A stretch of 64,000 bases of DNA from Patescibacteria group bacterium (lineage in GTDB: Bacteria; Patescibacteriota; Dojkabacteria; JAKAPS01). A program made the translations under genes and the position numbers. The stretch spans positions 11,289 to 75,288 of the forward strand of contig JANWIC010000008.1 in the NCBI GenBank assembly GCA_025450075.1, read 5' to 3'. Shown piece after piece: positions 1-10,020 of this stretch (position 1 is its first letter; every line of letters begins with the position of its first letter). Below the pieces are notes generated by a model. The model was given only the letters and a program-made list of their open reading frames with translations, was not told the DNA's origin and did not search any database.

Positions 1-227
1 ACACCCTTTTAAAATCAGCTATATTAAATACAAGTCAACCAAACGATATAATTGCAGAAAGGATGCTCACATGGGGAAATATTTTAACTCATAAAGCAAG
101 CCTTCTACACGACTAAGGTTCGAACATATTGCATAAGTTCCGGTTGAATATTTCTTATTGCGAGTTTGGAATTGACATTAAACCATATCTTTTATTTGCA
201 ATACTTTCAAGAAAAGAATGAACAAAA

Positions 228-1175
228 ATGAATAAAGAAGAACTTTTAATACAATTAAGGAAATTACATCAAGAGTTAATAAAACTAGTAGATAAATTTC
301 CAATTGAAAAAAAGGGTGAAATAATTTTTGATAGATGGAGTCTAAACGATGTTCTGGCACATATCACAGCATGGAATAACCAAGATATATTACGATTTGA
401 AGGAGCCAATTCCGGAGATAATCCCGCAAAGTATTGGATAGAAGACCTTGATGCTTTCAATGCCACAGAAGTTAATAAAGCCAAGTCATATATACCGCAA
501 GATATTTACTCTGCTTTTGTAAATTCAGGATATAACTTGATAAAAGACGCAGAGGATTTGCCTGAAGAGCATTGGCAAATAACTATTGATCCCAAACACA
601 CTCTTTCTTTGCATCGAGACTTTATATACTCTATTGAGCATTATAAAGATGAACATATTCCGCAACTTCAGGCATATTTTGCCTCTAATCAGGACAGAAA
701 AGATAGAATCATAATAATCGGCACATCTGCTTCTGGAAAATCGACAGTTATTAAAGAGTTACGAAACAATGGATACACACTTATAAAAGAAATTGATGAA
801 GAATTGATGCAATTAAATGGAGGGAAATTCCCCCAAACAGCTGAATTGCAACATGAAGTATTGGCCCCTAAAGTAATTCAAAACGTTTTGAACATGGATA
901 ATATAATCTTCTTTACCAATACAGATTATTTTACAAAACAGGATTTAGAAGAGGCAAAGAAAAGAGGATTTACCATCATGCAATTAGTAGTTCCGTTAGA
1001 AGAGCTGGAAAAGAGAAATAAATACAGAATGGAGAATAATGGATATAATGACTTAAGCATCTATTTTGAAGGAATGTTAAGGTATCAAATGGAAATGAGA
1101 AATTTGGGTTTAATTGATAAGGAATTAGATGGAACATTACCTGTTGAGGAAATAATCAAGCAAATCTTGGTATAA
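228..1175 (+). CDS. DinB/ClbS/DfsB-like four-helix domain fused to a P-loop NMP-kinase-like domain
   Basis: N-term WSLNDVLAHITAWN and EHYKDEHIPQL; C-term Walker A GTSASGKST. Confidence 0.7.
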   Translation: MNKEELLIQLRKLHQELIKLVDKFPIEKKGEIIFDRWSLNDVLAHITAWNNQDILRFEGANSGDNPAKYWIEDLDAFNATEVNKAKSYIPQDIYSAFVNSGYNLIKDAEDLPEEHWQITIDPKHTLSLHRDFIYSIEHYKDEHIPQLQAYFASNQDRKDRIIIIGTSASGKSTVIKELRNNGYTLIKEIDEELMQLNGGKFPQTAELQHEVLAPKVIQNVLNMDNIIFFTNTDYFTKQDLEEAKKRGFTIMQLVVPLEELEKRNKYRMENNGYNDLSIYFEGMLRYQMEMRNLGLIDKELDGTLPVEEIIKQILV

Positions 1176-1218
1176 TAAAAGTGTTAAGCAAACAAAACTA
1201 TTTATAATACATTACTCA

Positions 1219-1410
1219 TTAAATTATTCCGCTCCTGTGCAGTGTATACCAAATGCTTATCATCAATGGAATAAGTGTAATGACAATTATCGCAAATACA
1301 AGTAAGGGTGTTATTGTTAAATGCTTTTTAGTTATTGCATAAAATTCAATAATATCTGTTACTGAGACAATAATGATTGTCCTAATGAGCAGGTCTTTAA
1401 AAAGATTCAT
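1219..1410 (-). CDS. small membrane protein
   Basis: Two hydrophobic segments; ATG at 1410 preceded by AGGAGG. Confidence 0.55.
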   Translation of the reverse strand: MNLFKDLLIRTIIIVSVTDIIEFYAITKKHLTITPLLVFAIIVITLIPLMISIWYTLHRSGII

Positions 1411-1578
1411 AGTTTTCCTCCTTTCTTTGATAATATAATTCTTTCCTATTCCCGTTATAGTACTAATGACGAACCTCGTCAACATTTACCTTCACCTATA
1501 TGAAAGTTTAGGGAAATTGCCAATATTTCTTTGACGGAATATATCTTACCTGATATAGTAAAGGCATTATTCTTTGCC

Positions 1579-1989
1579 ATGCAAAAACTATTCACAATTT
1601 TAGGAAATTTTTTCAAGGGTTTTTCACTTTTTCTTACCATTATTCATCATATCATCTGGATCATTATTGGAGGAGCGATATTAATTGGGGTATTCATGGT
1701 CTTAAAAGATGGTGGAGTAAATAAGATAATTCAACAAAATCTTCCGGCCCAATTACAAAAAGGAGATAACCAATCATCTTCCAACAACAATAACCAAAAC
1801 TCTTCAAATCAGCAATCAAATAACCTGAACGGGAATATGCCATCTCAGCAAGAAATGCAATGTGCTGCAAATATTATTGGCCAAGCAGCAGTGAATCAGA
1901 TTGTATCGACAAGAACAGTAAGTTATCTTGTAGAACAAAGAATAAAAGGATGTTTCCCCAATGGCGCACCTTTTAATGTTAACCAATGA
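1579..1989 (+). CDS. membrane-anchored hypothetical protein with N/Q-rich linker
   Basis: N-terminal TM, low-complexity N/Q/S tract, two C-terminal Cys; start trimmed to ATG 1579. Confidence 0.6.
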   Translation: MQKLFTILGNFFKGFSLFLTIIHHIIWIIIGGAILIGVFMVLKDGGVNKIIQQNLPAQLQKGDNQSSSNNNNQNSSNQQSNNLNGNMPSQQEMQCAANIIGQAAVNQIVSTRTVSYLVEQRIKGCFPNGAPFNVNQ

Positions 1990-2051
1990 TTTCAAGTAAA
2001 CCTGTTCTTTCCTACTTCAAGTGAAAGGTATACTCTTTAATCTTTGCTGTT

Positions 2052-2426
2052 TTAGAAAGTAAAGGAGTGAGGATTTGTAAATATTGCAAGTACAATAATT
2101 GCAAAACACAAAAGAGTAAATACAAAAATGAGCACAACTTGTTCAAGAATGAATTCTTTCAAAAGCTGTGAAACGGAAAATGAAATAGGTTTGTGATGAT
2201 ATCTATGATAAATATATACGAAACTTTTCCTTAAAATATATAGAATCGAGTTTATTACAATAAGAGGAAGGAATAAGCTTAGGTCAAGAAAAGATATCTG
2301 TTTATTCAAATCTAATAAAACGATCAAATCAATAAAAGCATAGATAAAAAGTCTTATTAATTTTAAAAGTATTGCTTTTATCATAAATGAGGGTATATGT
2401 AAGAGATTATAGGGGAAACGTGGCAC
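2052..2426 (-). CDS. hypothetical membrane protein
   Basis: Three hydrophobic segments; start uncertain. Confidence 0.45.
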   Translation of the reverse strand: MPRFPYNLLHIPSFMIKAILLKLIRLFIYAFIDLIVLLDLNKQISFLDLSLFLPLIVINSILYILRKSFVYIYHRYHHKPISFSVSQLLKEFILEQVVLIFVFTLLCFAIIVLAIFTNPHSFTF

Positions 2427-2524
2427 CTCTACAATACGATCATAAAAAATCTTAAGGAACTATTGCATAAAATTACAACATAATGTATTGTTGTGAACAA
2501 TTATTTGTTTTTCTCTCAATCAAA

Positions 2525-3115
2525 ATGACGGAAGTAGTTGAATTAAACAATGCACAAAACGAAAATGCTTCAATAGCTATTATAACTGGAGTGGATCTAG
2601 CTAAGCTGGGTGCAGATGCGCAAATTGATGGTGCTTTATTATCATTTGGAATTAACGCTGCTGATTTACAAAGCTTAATTGAAGGAAAATTTCCATTTGC
2701 AGGTGAGCCAGGGATCGAGACAATCCGATACGGGGACGTGGATGAAGAAGTCGTCGTTCGTGTGGCAACAATGCCAAGCGGCAAAAAAATTGAAGTATCG
2801 GATTGTAAGAGAGCAATAAAAAGCCATATTCCACCTGAAACAGGCGATATGCAGCTTAGGCAAAAAGATCATACATGGAAAATTCTTATCGTTGAAAGCG
2901 GTGGTTTAACAATTCATATTCCAAATGAAACAGAACCTGCGGGTTATCTATATCTAAATAGCAATGAAGGTAGAGATTTCCATCTTCCTCAAGGCAGTAT
3001 CATTGCAATCCAATCCCCTATTTCATTTACCATTACAGCCTCAGAAGAGGATACACACTATTACTATATAAGCAGCCCTCGCCACAGCACCATTGGAGAT
3101 AGAAGCACCTATTGA
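2525..3115 (+). CDS. hypothetical protein, possible cupin-like C-terminus
   Basis: Long ORF with beta-rich C-terminal half; start trimmed to ATG 2525. Confidence 0.5.
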   Translation: MTEVVELNNAQNENASIAIITGVDLAKLGADAQIDGALLSFGINAADLQSLIEGKFPFAGEPGIETIRYGDVDEEVVVRVATMPSGKKIEVSDCKRAIKSHIPPETGDMQLRQKDHTWKILIVESGGLTIHIPNETEPAGYLYLNSNEGRDFHLPQGSIIAIQSPISFTITASEEDTHYYYISSPRHSTIGDRSTY

Positions 3116-3183
3116 AGCATACATTATTACCATTAAAGCTCTATTTCGTTGTATATTATCCGATATAAAGATATAATGGGACA

Positions 3184-4236
3184 ATGCAAAGACAAAAAAC
3201 CGTTCTTCATTCACGTAATACAAGCGTCAACAATTCTACAATAGATGGGAATACGCTCTTTATTCAATTACGTGAAAAAATACGTGAAGAAGGAATATTT
3301 GATAGAGATTATCGCTATTATTCCATTCTTACCGTCATTATGGTCAGCGGCTTTATTTCATCAATTATCTTTCTGTTTCTGGTAAATAATCCCTTCCTTC
3401 TATTTTTTAGTTGCATCTTGTTTAGCTTTTTCTCAGTGCAGTTAGCAGGTATTGTACACGATGCAGGACATCGGGCAATATTTAGTTCAGCTCTTGCGAA
3501 TGATATTGCAGGATATATTTTTGGAATAATGCTTGGTTGGGCATATACACCTTGGAGGTCAGCACATAACAAGCATCATGCATATACAAATCAAAAAGAT
3601 AAAGATCCGGATTTAGAAGTACCTGTATTTACATTTACCACCGAACATTTTGATAAAAGAGGGAAAACACAACAATTCCTCATTAGATATCAAGTTTATT
3701 TGTATTTCCCATTCGGCTGCTTTGCTGCAGCTCTTATGAAAATCTCAGGATTTATCACATTGCTACATTCGGATAAGAAGAATAAACTCATAGAAGAAAT
3801 ATCAATTGGTCTAAGTCTTTTCATGTGGTATATTGCTCCGTTCTTTCTTTTTGGCATTGGAAAAGCATTGTTTATTATTATTGTCATTAACCTTGTCACC
3901 GGCTTTTATATCTTCAATATTTTTGCCCCAAACCATAAAGGGATGCCGCAATTATCCGCAGATAAGGAGATATCTTTTATGGAAAGACAAATTATGACTT
4001 CAAGAAATATTGTAGGAAGCTGGTTCAATGATATTTTGTATATGGGATTAAACTATCAGGTAGAGCACCATCTATTCCCATCTGTTGCAAGAAACAAATT
4101 AAAACTAACCTCCCCATATATCCTTCAAATTTGTCAACAAAGAAATATTGAATTCACCCGCGTTAGCATTTTAGAATCAAATAGAATCATTCTATCTGAA
4201 CTGAAGAATGTTTCTATGGCTATTTCAAAATTGTAG
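3184..4236 (+). CDS. membrane fatty acid desaturase (front-end/delta-6-like)
   Basis: Three His boxes HDAGH, HNKHH, QVEHHLFP and multiple TMs. Confidence 0.92.
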   Translation: MQRQKTVLHSRNTSVNNSTIDGNTLFIQLREKIREEGIFDRDYRYYSILTVIMVSGFISSIIFLFLVNNPFLLFFSCILFSFFSVQLAGIVHDAGHRAIFSSALANDIAGYIFGIMLGWAYTPWRSAHNKHHAYTNQKDKDPDLEVPVFTFTTEHFDKRGKTQQFLIRYQVYLYFPFGCFAAALMKISGFITLLHSDKKNKLIEEISIGLSLFMWYIAPFFLFGIGKALFIIIVINLVTGFYIFNIFAPNHKGMPQLSADKEISFMERQIMTSRNIVGSWFNDILYMGLNYQVEHHLFPSVARNKLKLTSPYILQICQQRNIEFTRVSILESNRIILSELKNVSMAISKL

Positions 4237-4325
4237 AGATCTCATATCAGATTTCCCTTCTCGCTAATCACCTATTGTCCGGCTAATAGAAGTGCTACAA
4301 TATGGATGTATATCATCTACCCCAC

Positions 4326-5231
4326 ATGGACACTGTTATTCATGCTTCTCATCTCACTAAGCTATATGGCTCTAATGCAGCATTATCTGACTTGAATATT
4401 GATATACAAAAAGGAGAAGTATTTGGATATTTAGGCCCTAATGGCGCAGGAAAAACAACAACAATACGATTGCTTCTTGGCCTCATTAACCCGACAAGCG
4501 GAAGCGCGACAATTCTTGGAAATGATTGCCAAAAAGAAAAGTCGGAAGTACATACTCATATTGCGTATGTTCCAGGAGAATCAACTCTTTGGCCATATCT
4601 TACCGGAAAACAGACACTTCATTTACTTGGAAAAGTATACGGCAGGTATGATGAAGAATATATGCAAACCCTTATTGAAAAATTCCAATTTGACCCGAAT
4701 AAAAAAGTCAGAGCCTATTCGAAAGGAAACAGACAAAAAATAACCCTTATTGCAGCACTGATGACTCGAGCCGATATCCTCATCTTTGATGAACCGACTT
4801 CAGGACTTGATCCTTTGATGGAACAGGAATTTAGAAATTGCATAATAGAAGCCAAAGATCGTGGACAGACTATCTTTTTATCATCACATATTCTTGAAGA
4901 AGTACAGGCATTGTGCGACCGCATCGGCATCCTCAGGCAAGGAAAACTCATTGAAGTTGGGACATTAGCACAAATGAGACATCTTTCTGCCTTGCAAATT
5001 GAGGCAACATTTGCCACTACCCCTCCTGATATTTCTCAAATTGAAGGGGTCCATAACATTTCCATAAGCGGCAATATGTTGAAATGTAGCATGCAAGGGG
5101 ATATTTCAGTTCTTCTTGATGTCATATCCAAGGCAAAACCTAAGACATTCGTAAGTACAGAGCCATCATTAGAAGAACTATTCATGACCATTTATGGAAA
5201 CCATAGTAACAATTTAGAAAAACAATCATGA
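4326..5231 (+). CDS. ABC-2 exporter ATP-binding protein
   Basis: GPNGAGKTT, YSKGNRQK signature, DEPTSGLDP, SSH switch; alternative start 4302. Confidence 0.93.
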   Translation: MDTVIHASHLTKLYGSNAALSDLNIDIQKGEVFGYLGPNGAGKTTTIRLLLGLINPTSGSATILGNDCQKEKSEVHTHIAYVPGESTLWPYLTGKQTLHLLGKVYGRYDEEYMQTLIEKFQFDPNKKVRAYSKGNRQKITLIAALMTRADILIFDEPTSGLDPLMEQEFRNCIIEAKDRGQTIFLSSHILEEVQALCDRIGILRQGKLIEVGTLAQMRHLSALQIEATFATTPPDISQIEGVHNISISGNMLKCSMQGDISVLLDVISKAKPKTFVSTEPSLEELFMTIYGNHSNNLEKQS

Positions 5232-6844
5232 AGACATTTCCCTCTTCAGCAAACACATCTTTCTGGTTTACTTTAACAAGATATATTCGAATATCGCTAT
5301 TCTGGGGATTAATCATTGGGTTTGTAGTTACAACAAATGCAATCGGAACAATTAAAGCAGGAATTAACTTAAACCAATTTGCCGCATCTTTGAGTACAAG
5401 CTCAGGGCTGTTTGCAATATTCGGGTCAGGCCATCAGCTTAACACAATAGAAGGATATGTAACATGGAAAGTATTGGGTCTTACTATGATCATCATGGCA
5501 ATATGGGGGTTGGTTATTTCAACAACTCTTTTTCGTGGAAATGAAGAATCAGGCAGAATTGAACTTATGGCTATAGGGAAAGCTAGCTTGAAAAGAATTA
5601 CAATAAATACACTTGCGGCAATCGCCGCTTGTATTGCAATAATTTTTATTATAGCATCTCTCATAACATATGCATCAGGTAATTCTAATGGATTACATTT
5701 TTCATTCGTAGGAAGCCTACTATTATCATTTGCATGCATTGCAAGCGCTATCATATTTGTTTCTCTTGGAGCTTTATGTGGACAATTATTCACAACAAGA
5801 CATCAAGCACTTTTTTATTGCGTTGCGACATTCGCCATTTTCTATATGGCAAAAATCGTTGCTGATTCATCAAACTCTTTTGCATGGCTAAACAATTTTA
5901 ATCCCTTAGGATGGATTGAAAATATTCAGCCATTTACCGGAAACTATGCAGTATGGATCCTACCTATTCTCGGATTTTCCTCCATACTTTCGGCTCTAGC
6001 AATATATTTTTCCGGGAAAAGGGATCTTGCATCTTCAATTGTAAAGAATAAGGAGACAACAACATCTTCATTTTTGTTTTTGAATAATATCGGTGAGTTC
6101 ATTACCCGCCAGCAAATCTTTTCATTTCTCGGTTGGGTGGTAGGAGTTGGAATTCTCGGATTCATATTTGGATCTGTCGTGAATGCAGGTGAAAATGCCC
6201 TAAGTTCATCACCAAACCTTACAAAAGAAATATCTAAACTCCATTTGTATTCTGGAGCAGATATTGTAAAGGCATTTATGGGATTTGGATTCCTCATTGG
6301 AATGGTACTGGTATCATTCATCGCAATAACAGGTATGACTAAATTGCAAAATGATGAAACATCGGGCTATCTTGACAACCTGTTTGTAAGAAGTGTCAAA
6401 CGTATGAATTGGATGGGATTATCTCTTGTCTTTACAGCTATTGAAATTGTCATAGTAGCATTATCATTAGGAGTACTTTCGTGGGTAGGAACACTTACTC
6501 AACATATTTCAATCGCAATATCTACTCTACTTGTTGCAGGAATAAACAGCACAGCGCCCGCACTTGCCATTTTAGGTATAGGTGCTTGTATATATGGTAT
6601 ATGGCCAAGAATAGCAACACGAGTACAATACTTCATTCTTGGATGGGGCATCCTCATTGATCTTATTGGTCCTTCAATTCATTTAAGTAATATTTTCCTC
6701 AACACATCCCTTTTCTATCATATGGCTCTCTCCCCTGGAGAAGATCCCAATTGGACAGTTGTCATTATTTTCACTCTCATCGGAATTATCGGCAGCATGA
6801 TTGGCATGTACCTTTTTTCCAAAAGAGATATACAATCAAGTTGA
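5228..6844 (+). CDS. ABC-2 exporter permease (duplicated, about 12 TM)
   Basis: Two repeated halves (EESGRIEL / DETSGYLD; KRDL / KRDI); ATGA overlap with the ATPase gene. Confidence 0.85.
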   Translation: MKTFPSSANTSFWFTLTRYIRISLFWGLIIGFVVTTNAIGTIKAGINLNQFAASLSTSSGLFAIFGSGHQLNTIEGYVTWKVLGLTMIIMAIWGLVISTTLFRGNEESGRIELMAIGKASLKRITINTLAAIAACIAIIFIIASLITYASGNSNGLHFSFVGSLLLSFACIASAIIFVSLGALCGQLFTTRHQALFYCVATFAIFYMAKIVADSSNSFAWLNNFNPLGWIENIQPFTGNYAVWILPILGFSSILSALAIYFSGKRDLASSIVKNKETTTSSFLFLNNIGEFITRQQIFSFLGWVVGVGILGFIFGSVVNAGENALSSSPNLTKEISKLHLYSGADIVKAFMGFGFLIGMVLVSFIAITGMTKLQNDETSGYLDNLFVRSVKRMNWMGLSLVFTAIEIVIVALSLGVLSWVGTLTQHISIAISTLLVAGINSTAPALAILGIGACIYGIWPRIATRVQYFILGWGILIDLIGPSIHLSNIFLNTSLFYHMALSPGEDPNWTVVIIFTLIGIIGSMIGMYLFSKRDIQSS

Positions 6845-6889
6845 TGAGAGATCTTTGAGAATTTATTGGATAAGAAATTCTAGAGCCCC

Positions 6890-7711
6890 TTATGACACAG
6901 CAAAAGAAGCTTCTTGCTGGTTACTTTTTTTCATCTGTATTGTCCTACTTCCCTGGCGGCCAATTCCTCCTTGGTGACGGATATATCGCCCGTATCTGGT
7001 ATAAAAGGGCGTCGAATGGCGCACAGTACCTATCATTTCCATTAAAATAAGATTCTTTGATCTGAAAGGTAATAACTGTCCTATTCCCATAAGAGTGTAA
7101 ACAATTTCAGACAAATAGTCTTTTCCTTCTCTGGATATTACTTCTGTTAAACATGAAAGGCTTTTATCTTGTGCACCCTGTTTAATAACACCTTGAGGAG
7201 TAAGTATGGTGATATGATGTCTTCCTCGACTTCTCCTATCATTTAACTCATCACGAACTAATGAATCTTTCAATGCCTGGGCTACTCTTAATCGGTTATG
7301 ACCTGCAATAATGTCAATGTTACCGCTAACTGATCTATTTCCTGACAGTTTCTTGATAAGGCCTAATAATTTTCTAATTTCACTATATGTTTCTATGGTA
7401 TGATCTTCCAGATAAAAACAATTAGAATCAACACCAAATTCTCGAAGCCTCCTTGCAACATAGTGGGAATAACTGGGGCCAATAGGATTCCCGTCATTAT
7501 CATAAGTATCTTGAGCTACATTTGCATTGCAGGATAAAATGAGCGATTTTCTATTATCAGGTGCCATATGCCACTTTATTGCTGCAGCGGCGATAAGTGA
7601 ATCAACAAAAAGGCTATCCTCTCTATTTATCCAAGGATTACCCTTTCCGACTAAACATATATAGTCATAACTTTGTGGCAAACTTTCCGTATTTATACTT
7701 TCCTCAGCCAT
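6890..7711 (-). CDS. hypothetical protein, possibly DUF218/YdcF-like
   Basis: ICLVGKG, LEDHTIETYSE and GHNRLRV resemble degenerate DUF218 motifs. Confidence 0.5.
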   Translation of the reverse strand: MAEESINTESLPQSYDYICLVGKGNPWINREDSLFVDSLIAAAAIKWHMAPDNRKSLILSCNANVAQDTYDNDGNPIGPSYSHYVARRLREFGVDSNCFYLEDHTIETYSEIRKLLGLIKKLSGNRSVSGNIDIIAGHNRLRVAQALKDSLVRDELNDRRSRGRHHITILTPQGVIKQGAQDKSLSCLTEVISREGKDYLSEIVYTLMGIGQLLPFRSKNLILMEMIGTVRHSTPFYTRYGRYIRHQGGIGRQGSRTIQMKKSNQQEASFAVS

Positions 7712-7735
7712 AGTAACTATGGGGTGACAGGGCGT

Positions 7736-7764
7736 ATTCTACTGTTTTATATCTCTACTGTCAA
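7736..7764 (-). promoter_or_regulatory. sigma70 promoter
   Basis: TTGACA-N17-TAGAAT on the minus strand, 24 nt upstream of the 7711 ATG. Confidence 0.75.
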
Positions 7765-8000
7765 TAAAAGAACCGATCATTTTCTGTTAAATGACCTTAT
7801 ATTATGAGAAGGAAAAATCTTGGAGTTTATATATTAGATCAAAATCCCAAATCTTGATGATCTTAGAAAATAGATGACCTGCCGTTCTTCCCGATAATCG
7901 CCCTGTCAGCATGTTTCCATGCAAATTCAAAGAAAAGAATCCTTAGATTTTACAGAATGTTCCCGCTTACTGTAACATTGAATATATTAATATCTATTTT

Positions 8001-8387
8001 ATGCATACTCAAGATCCAAGAATTGATACCTATTTATCAACTATACCTTCCTGGCAAAAAGAAGTTTTTACTAAAGCAAGAATGTTGATCCGCCAAGCTG
8101 ACCCTGAAGTAGTTGAAACCATTAAAAGAACAACACTCCCCTTCTTTACTCTGAATGGAAATATCTGTGCTTTTATGTCGACAAAAGATCATGCAAACAT
8201 TTTAATTTATGATCCAATAGCTCCAGATCCTCACCATATTATCAATCAAGGAAATGGAAATATGACAGCAAGAGCGATACAAATATTTGAAGGAAAAACA
8301 TTGGATGAAAAAGCATTCGTACAACTTATCAGGGAAGTGATTAAGAATAACCGGGTTGGTGGATGGCGAAAGATTAAGAAAGATTAG
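8001..8387 (+). CDS. DUF1801 (YdhG-like) protein
   Basis: DPRIDTYL...RMLIRQADPEVVETIK pattern. Confidence 0.8.
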   Translation: MHTQDPRIDTYLSTIPSWQKEVFTKARMLIRQADPEVVETIKRTTLPFFTLNGNICAFMSTKDHANILIYDPIAPDPHHIINQGNGNMTARAIQIFEGKTLDEKAFVQLIREVIKNNRVGGWRKIKKD

Positions 8388-8449
8388 CAAATATTCCCCA
8401 TAGCATTCTTCTATAAATTGGTGTACAATCGCATCATAAAGTGAAATAA

Positions 8450-9153
8450 AAGACATCAGATAACGAGTTACATAAAGATACTCCTGATCTATTTCTTAGA
8501 GAAAATAATGGATATCTTCTACCTCTGTCACCTTCTGAACAGCAAGCTGTGCTTGATGCCTTAAAAGAGGGGAGATTAGATGTACCGTTATTACCTGTTG
8601 GAGCAACTCCAGTATTTTTTAGCTTGACTCGATTATTACAATATATGCCAGCTGATGTGATTGCTCCCCTTCAAATTTCAAAGAAATTGATTTTATCCTA
8701 GCCACTTTAACACCTGATCAACAAGATACTCTCAAATATTTATCTGAAAATTCCGGAGATTTTGTGAGTATGAGACATGTAGGTGGATTACAAAAACTAC
8801 AAAGTTGGACAGGCAGAAGAATTTCGCCCGAGACGCTTGTTCATGGAATTGCAGACCTAAAGCGAATATTACCTGAAGGTATTATTACTGAGAACCCTAA
8901 TTCAACCTATCGTTTTAATGGATTACCAGAAGATATACATGAACTGAATGATGTTGCCCACCTCTCTGACAGGGAATTTACAAGAATTATCCGTTCACTA
9001 CTTCGTCTAAATATTTTTACCATTAGACAATTAGAATTTAGCTTGAAACTGGTTGAGGAGGGCCGAATAAGGATGAATGATATGGATGCACAAAAAAGAA
9101 GAATACTTACTAAAATGGTAGAGGAATACAGAAGTATAAATCCTAATCAGTAA
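8450..9153 (+). pseudogene. possible frameshifted or degraded gene (or short CDS 8764-9153)
   Basis: Stop-free frame 8450-8701 with no N-terminal start overlaps a second open frame from about 8657 that runs into ORF 8764-9153. Confidence 0.35.
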
Positions 9154-9164
9154 AAATTTCCATA

Positions 9165-9971
9165 TTATTTAATCGGAAGATTAATCTCAAACTCAATTTG
9201 ATTCTCTTCATGAGTTGTATTGCGATAGAATTCAATATCAACAAATGGAAGGTTTGTATTTTGTATATATCCATTCTTCTTAGCGTATTTTTCTAATTCT
9301 TTCCATAAAAGTGATAAAAGACTTCCCGATCCTTTGTATGTATAACTTAATGCCTTAAACTCTGATATTGTTTCTTTTCTTACCATATGTTTATATTCTT
9401 CTTTTATCTCCATACCTTCTTCTACTACAACCCCGACTTTCATTCGTGATTTTGCAGGTCTATATCCAGAATCTAGAAAGATAGTTAAGAAAGATACCGT
9501 ATTTGGAAGTTTCACGAAGTAGGAAGCGAGTTCCTTATCATACTCTTTTATCTTTACATATGATCCGACTTTTTCAATATAATAGATTTCAAAATTGTAT
9601 ACGTTCTTTACTTCCGGCTTTACTAATATCCCGTTCTGGTCAAGACTATCAAAGAATTCATCGAGATGAGTAAGCGCCTCTTGTAGTTCATAAATTTCTC
9701 TTTCAATTCCTTTCCTTTTTGCCCTGAATAAATCGCGCATTGAATGATCTTTTGCGAGATATCCCTTTATCTCTTCAATTGAAAAATTAAGCTTTCGAAG
9801 AAGAAGTATCGCCTGGAAATCAAGTATCTGTTCAGGAAGATACAATCTGTACCCATTTGTATCAATATGATCCGGCTTCAGTATCCCCATTCTATCGTAC
9901 CATACGACGGTTCTTTTTGTTGTACTGGCAAGCTTTGCAAACTCTCCGGCTGTAATATATTCTTTCCCCAT
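9165..9971 (-). CDS. MerR-family regulator with GyrI-like effector domain (BmrR-like)
   Basis: TAGEFAKL...WYDRMGILKP...NGYRLY HTH; C-terminal YTYKGS...EINLPIK; start trimmed to MGKEY. Confidence 0.9.
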   Translation of the reverse strand: MGKEYITAGEFAKLASTTKRTVVWYDRMGILKPDHIDTNGYRLYLPEQILDFQAILLLRKLNFSIEEIKGYLAKDHSMRDLFRAKRKGIEREIYELQEALTHLDEFFDSLDQNGILVKPEVKNVYNFEIYYIEKVGSYVKIKEYDKELASYFVKLPNTVSFLTIFLDSGYRPAKSRMKVGVVVEEGMEIKEEYKHMVRKETISEFKALSYTYKGSGSLLSLLWKELEKYAKKNGYIQNTNLPFVDIEFYRNTTHEENQIEFEINLPIK

Positions 9972-9972
9972 A

Positions 9973-10003
9973 TTGACTACAACGTTACGTCGTACAATAT
10001 TAT
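9973..10003 (+). promoter_or_regulatory. MerR-type promoter and operator of the uvrA-like gene
   Basis: TTGACT-N19-TATTAT with palindrome TACAACGT-T-ACGTCGTA (9978-9994). Confidence 0.8.
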
Positions 10004-10020
10004 ACTCATACTTCATCAAT

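Noticed and set aside
1-116. Possible 3' end of a CDS entering from the left edge
   Set aside because: Only about 37 codons with no recognisable motif.
110-130. GGTTCGAA T-loop-like motif
   Set aside because: No T-stem, acceptor stem or cloverleaf; not a tRNA.
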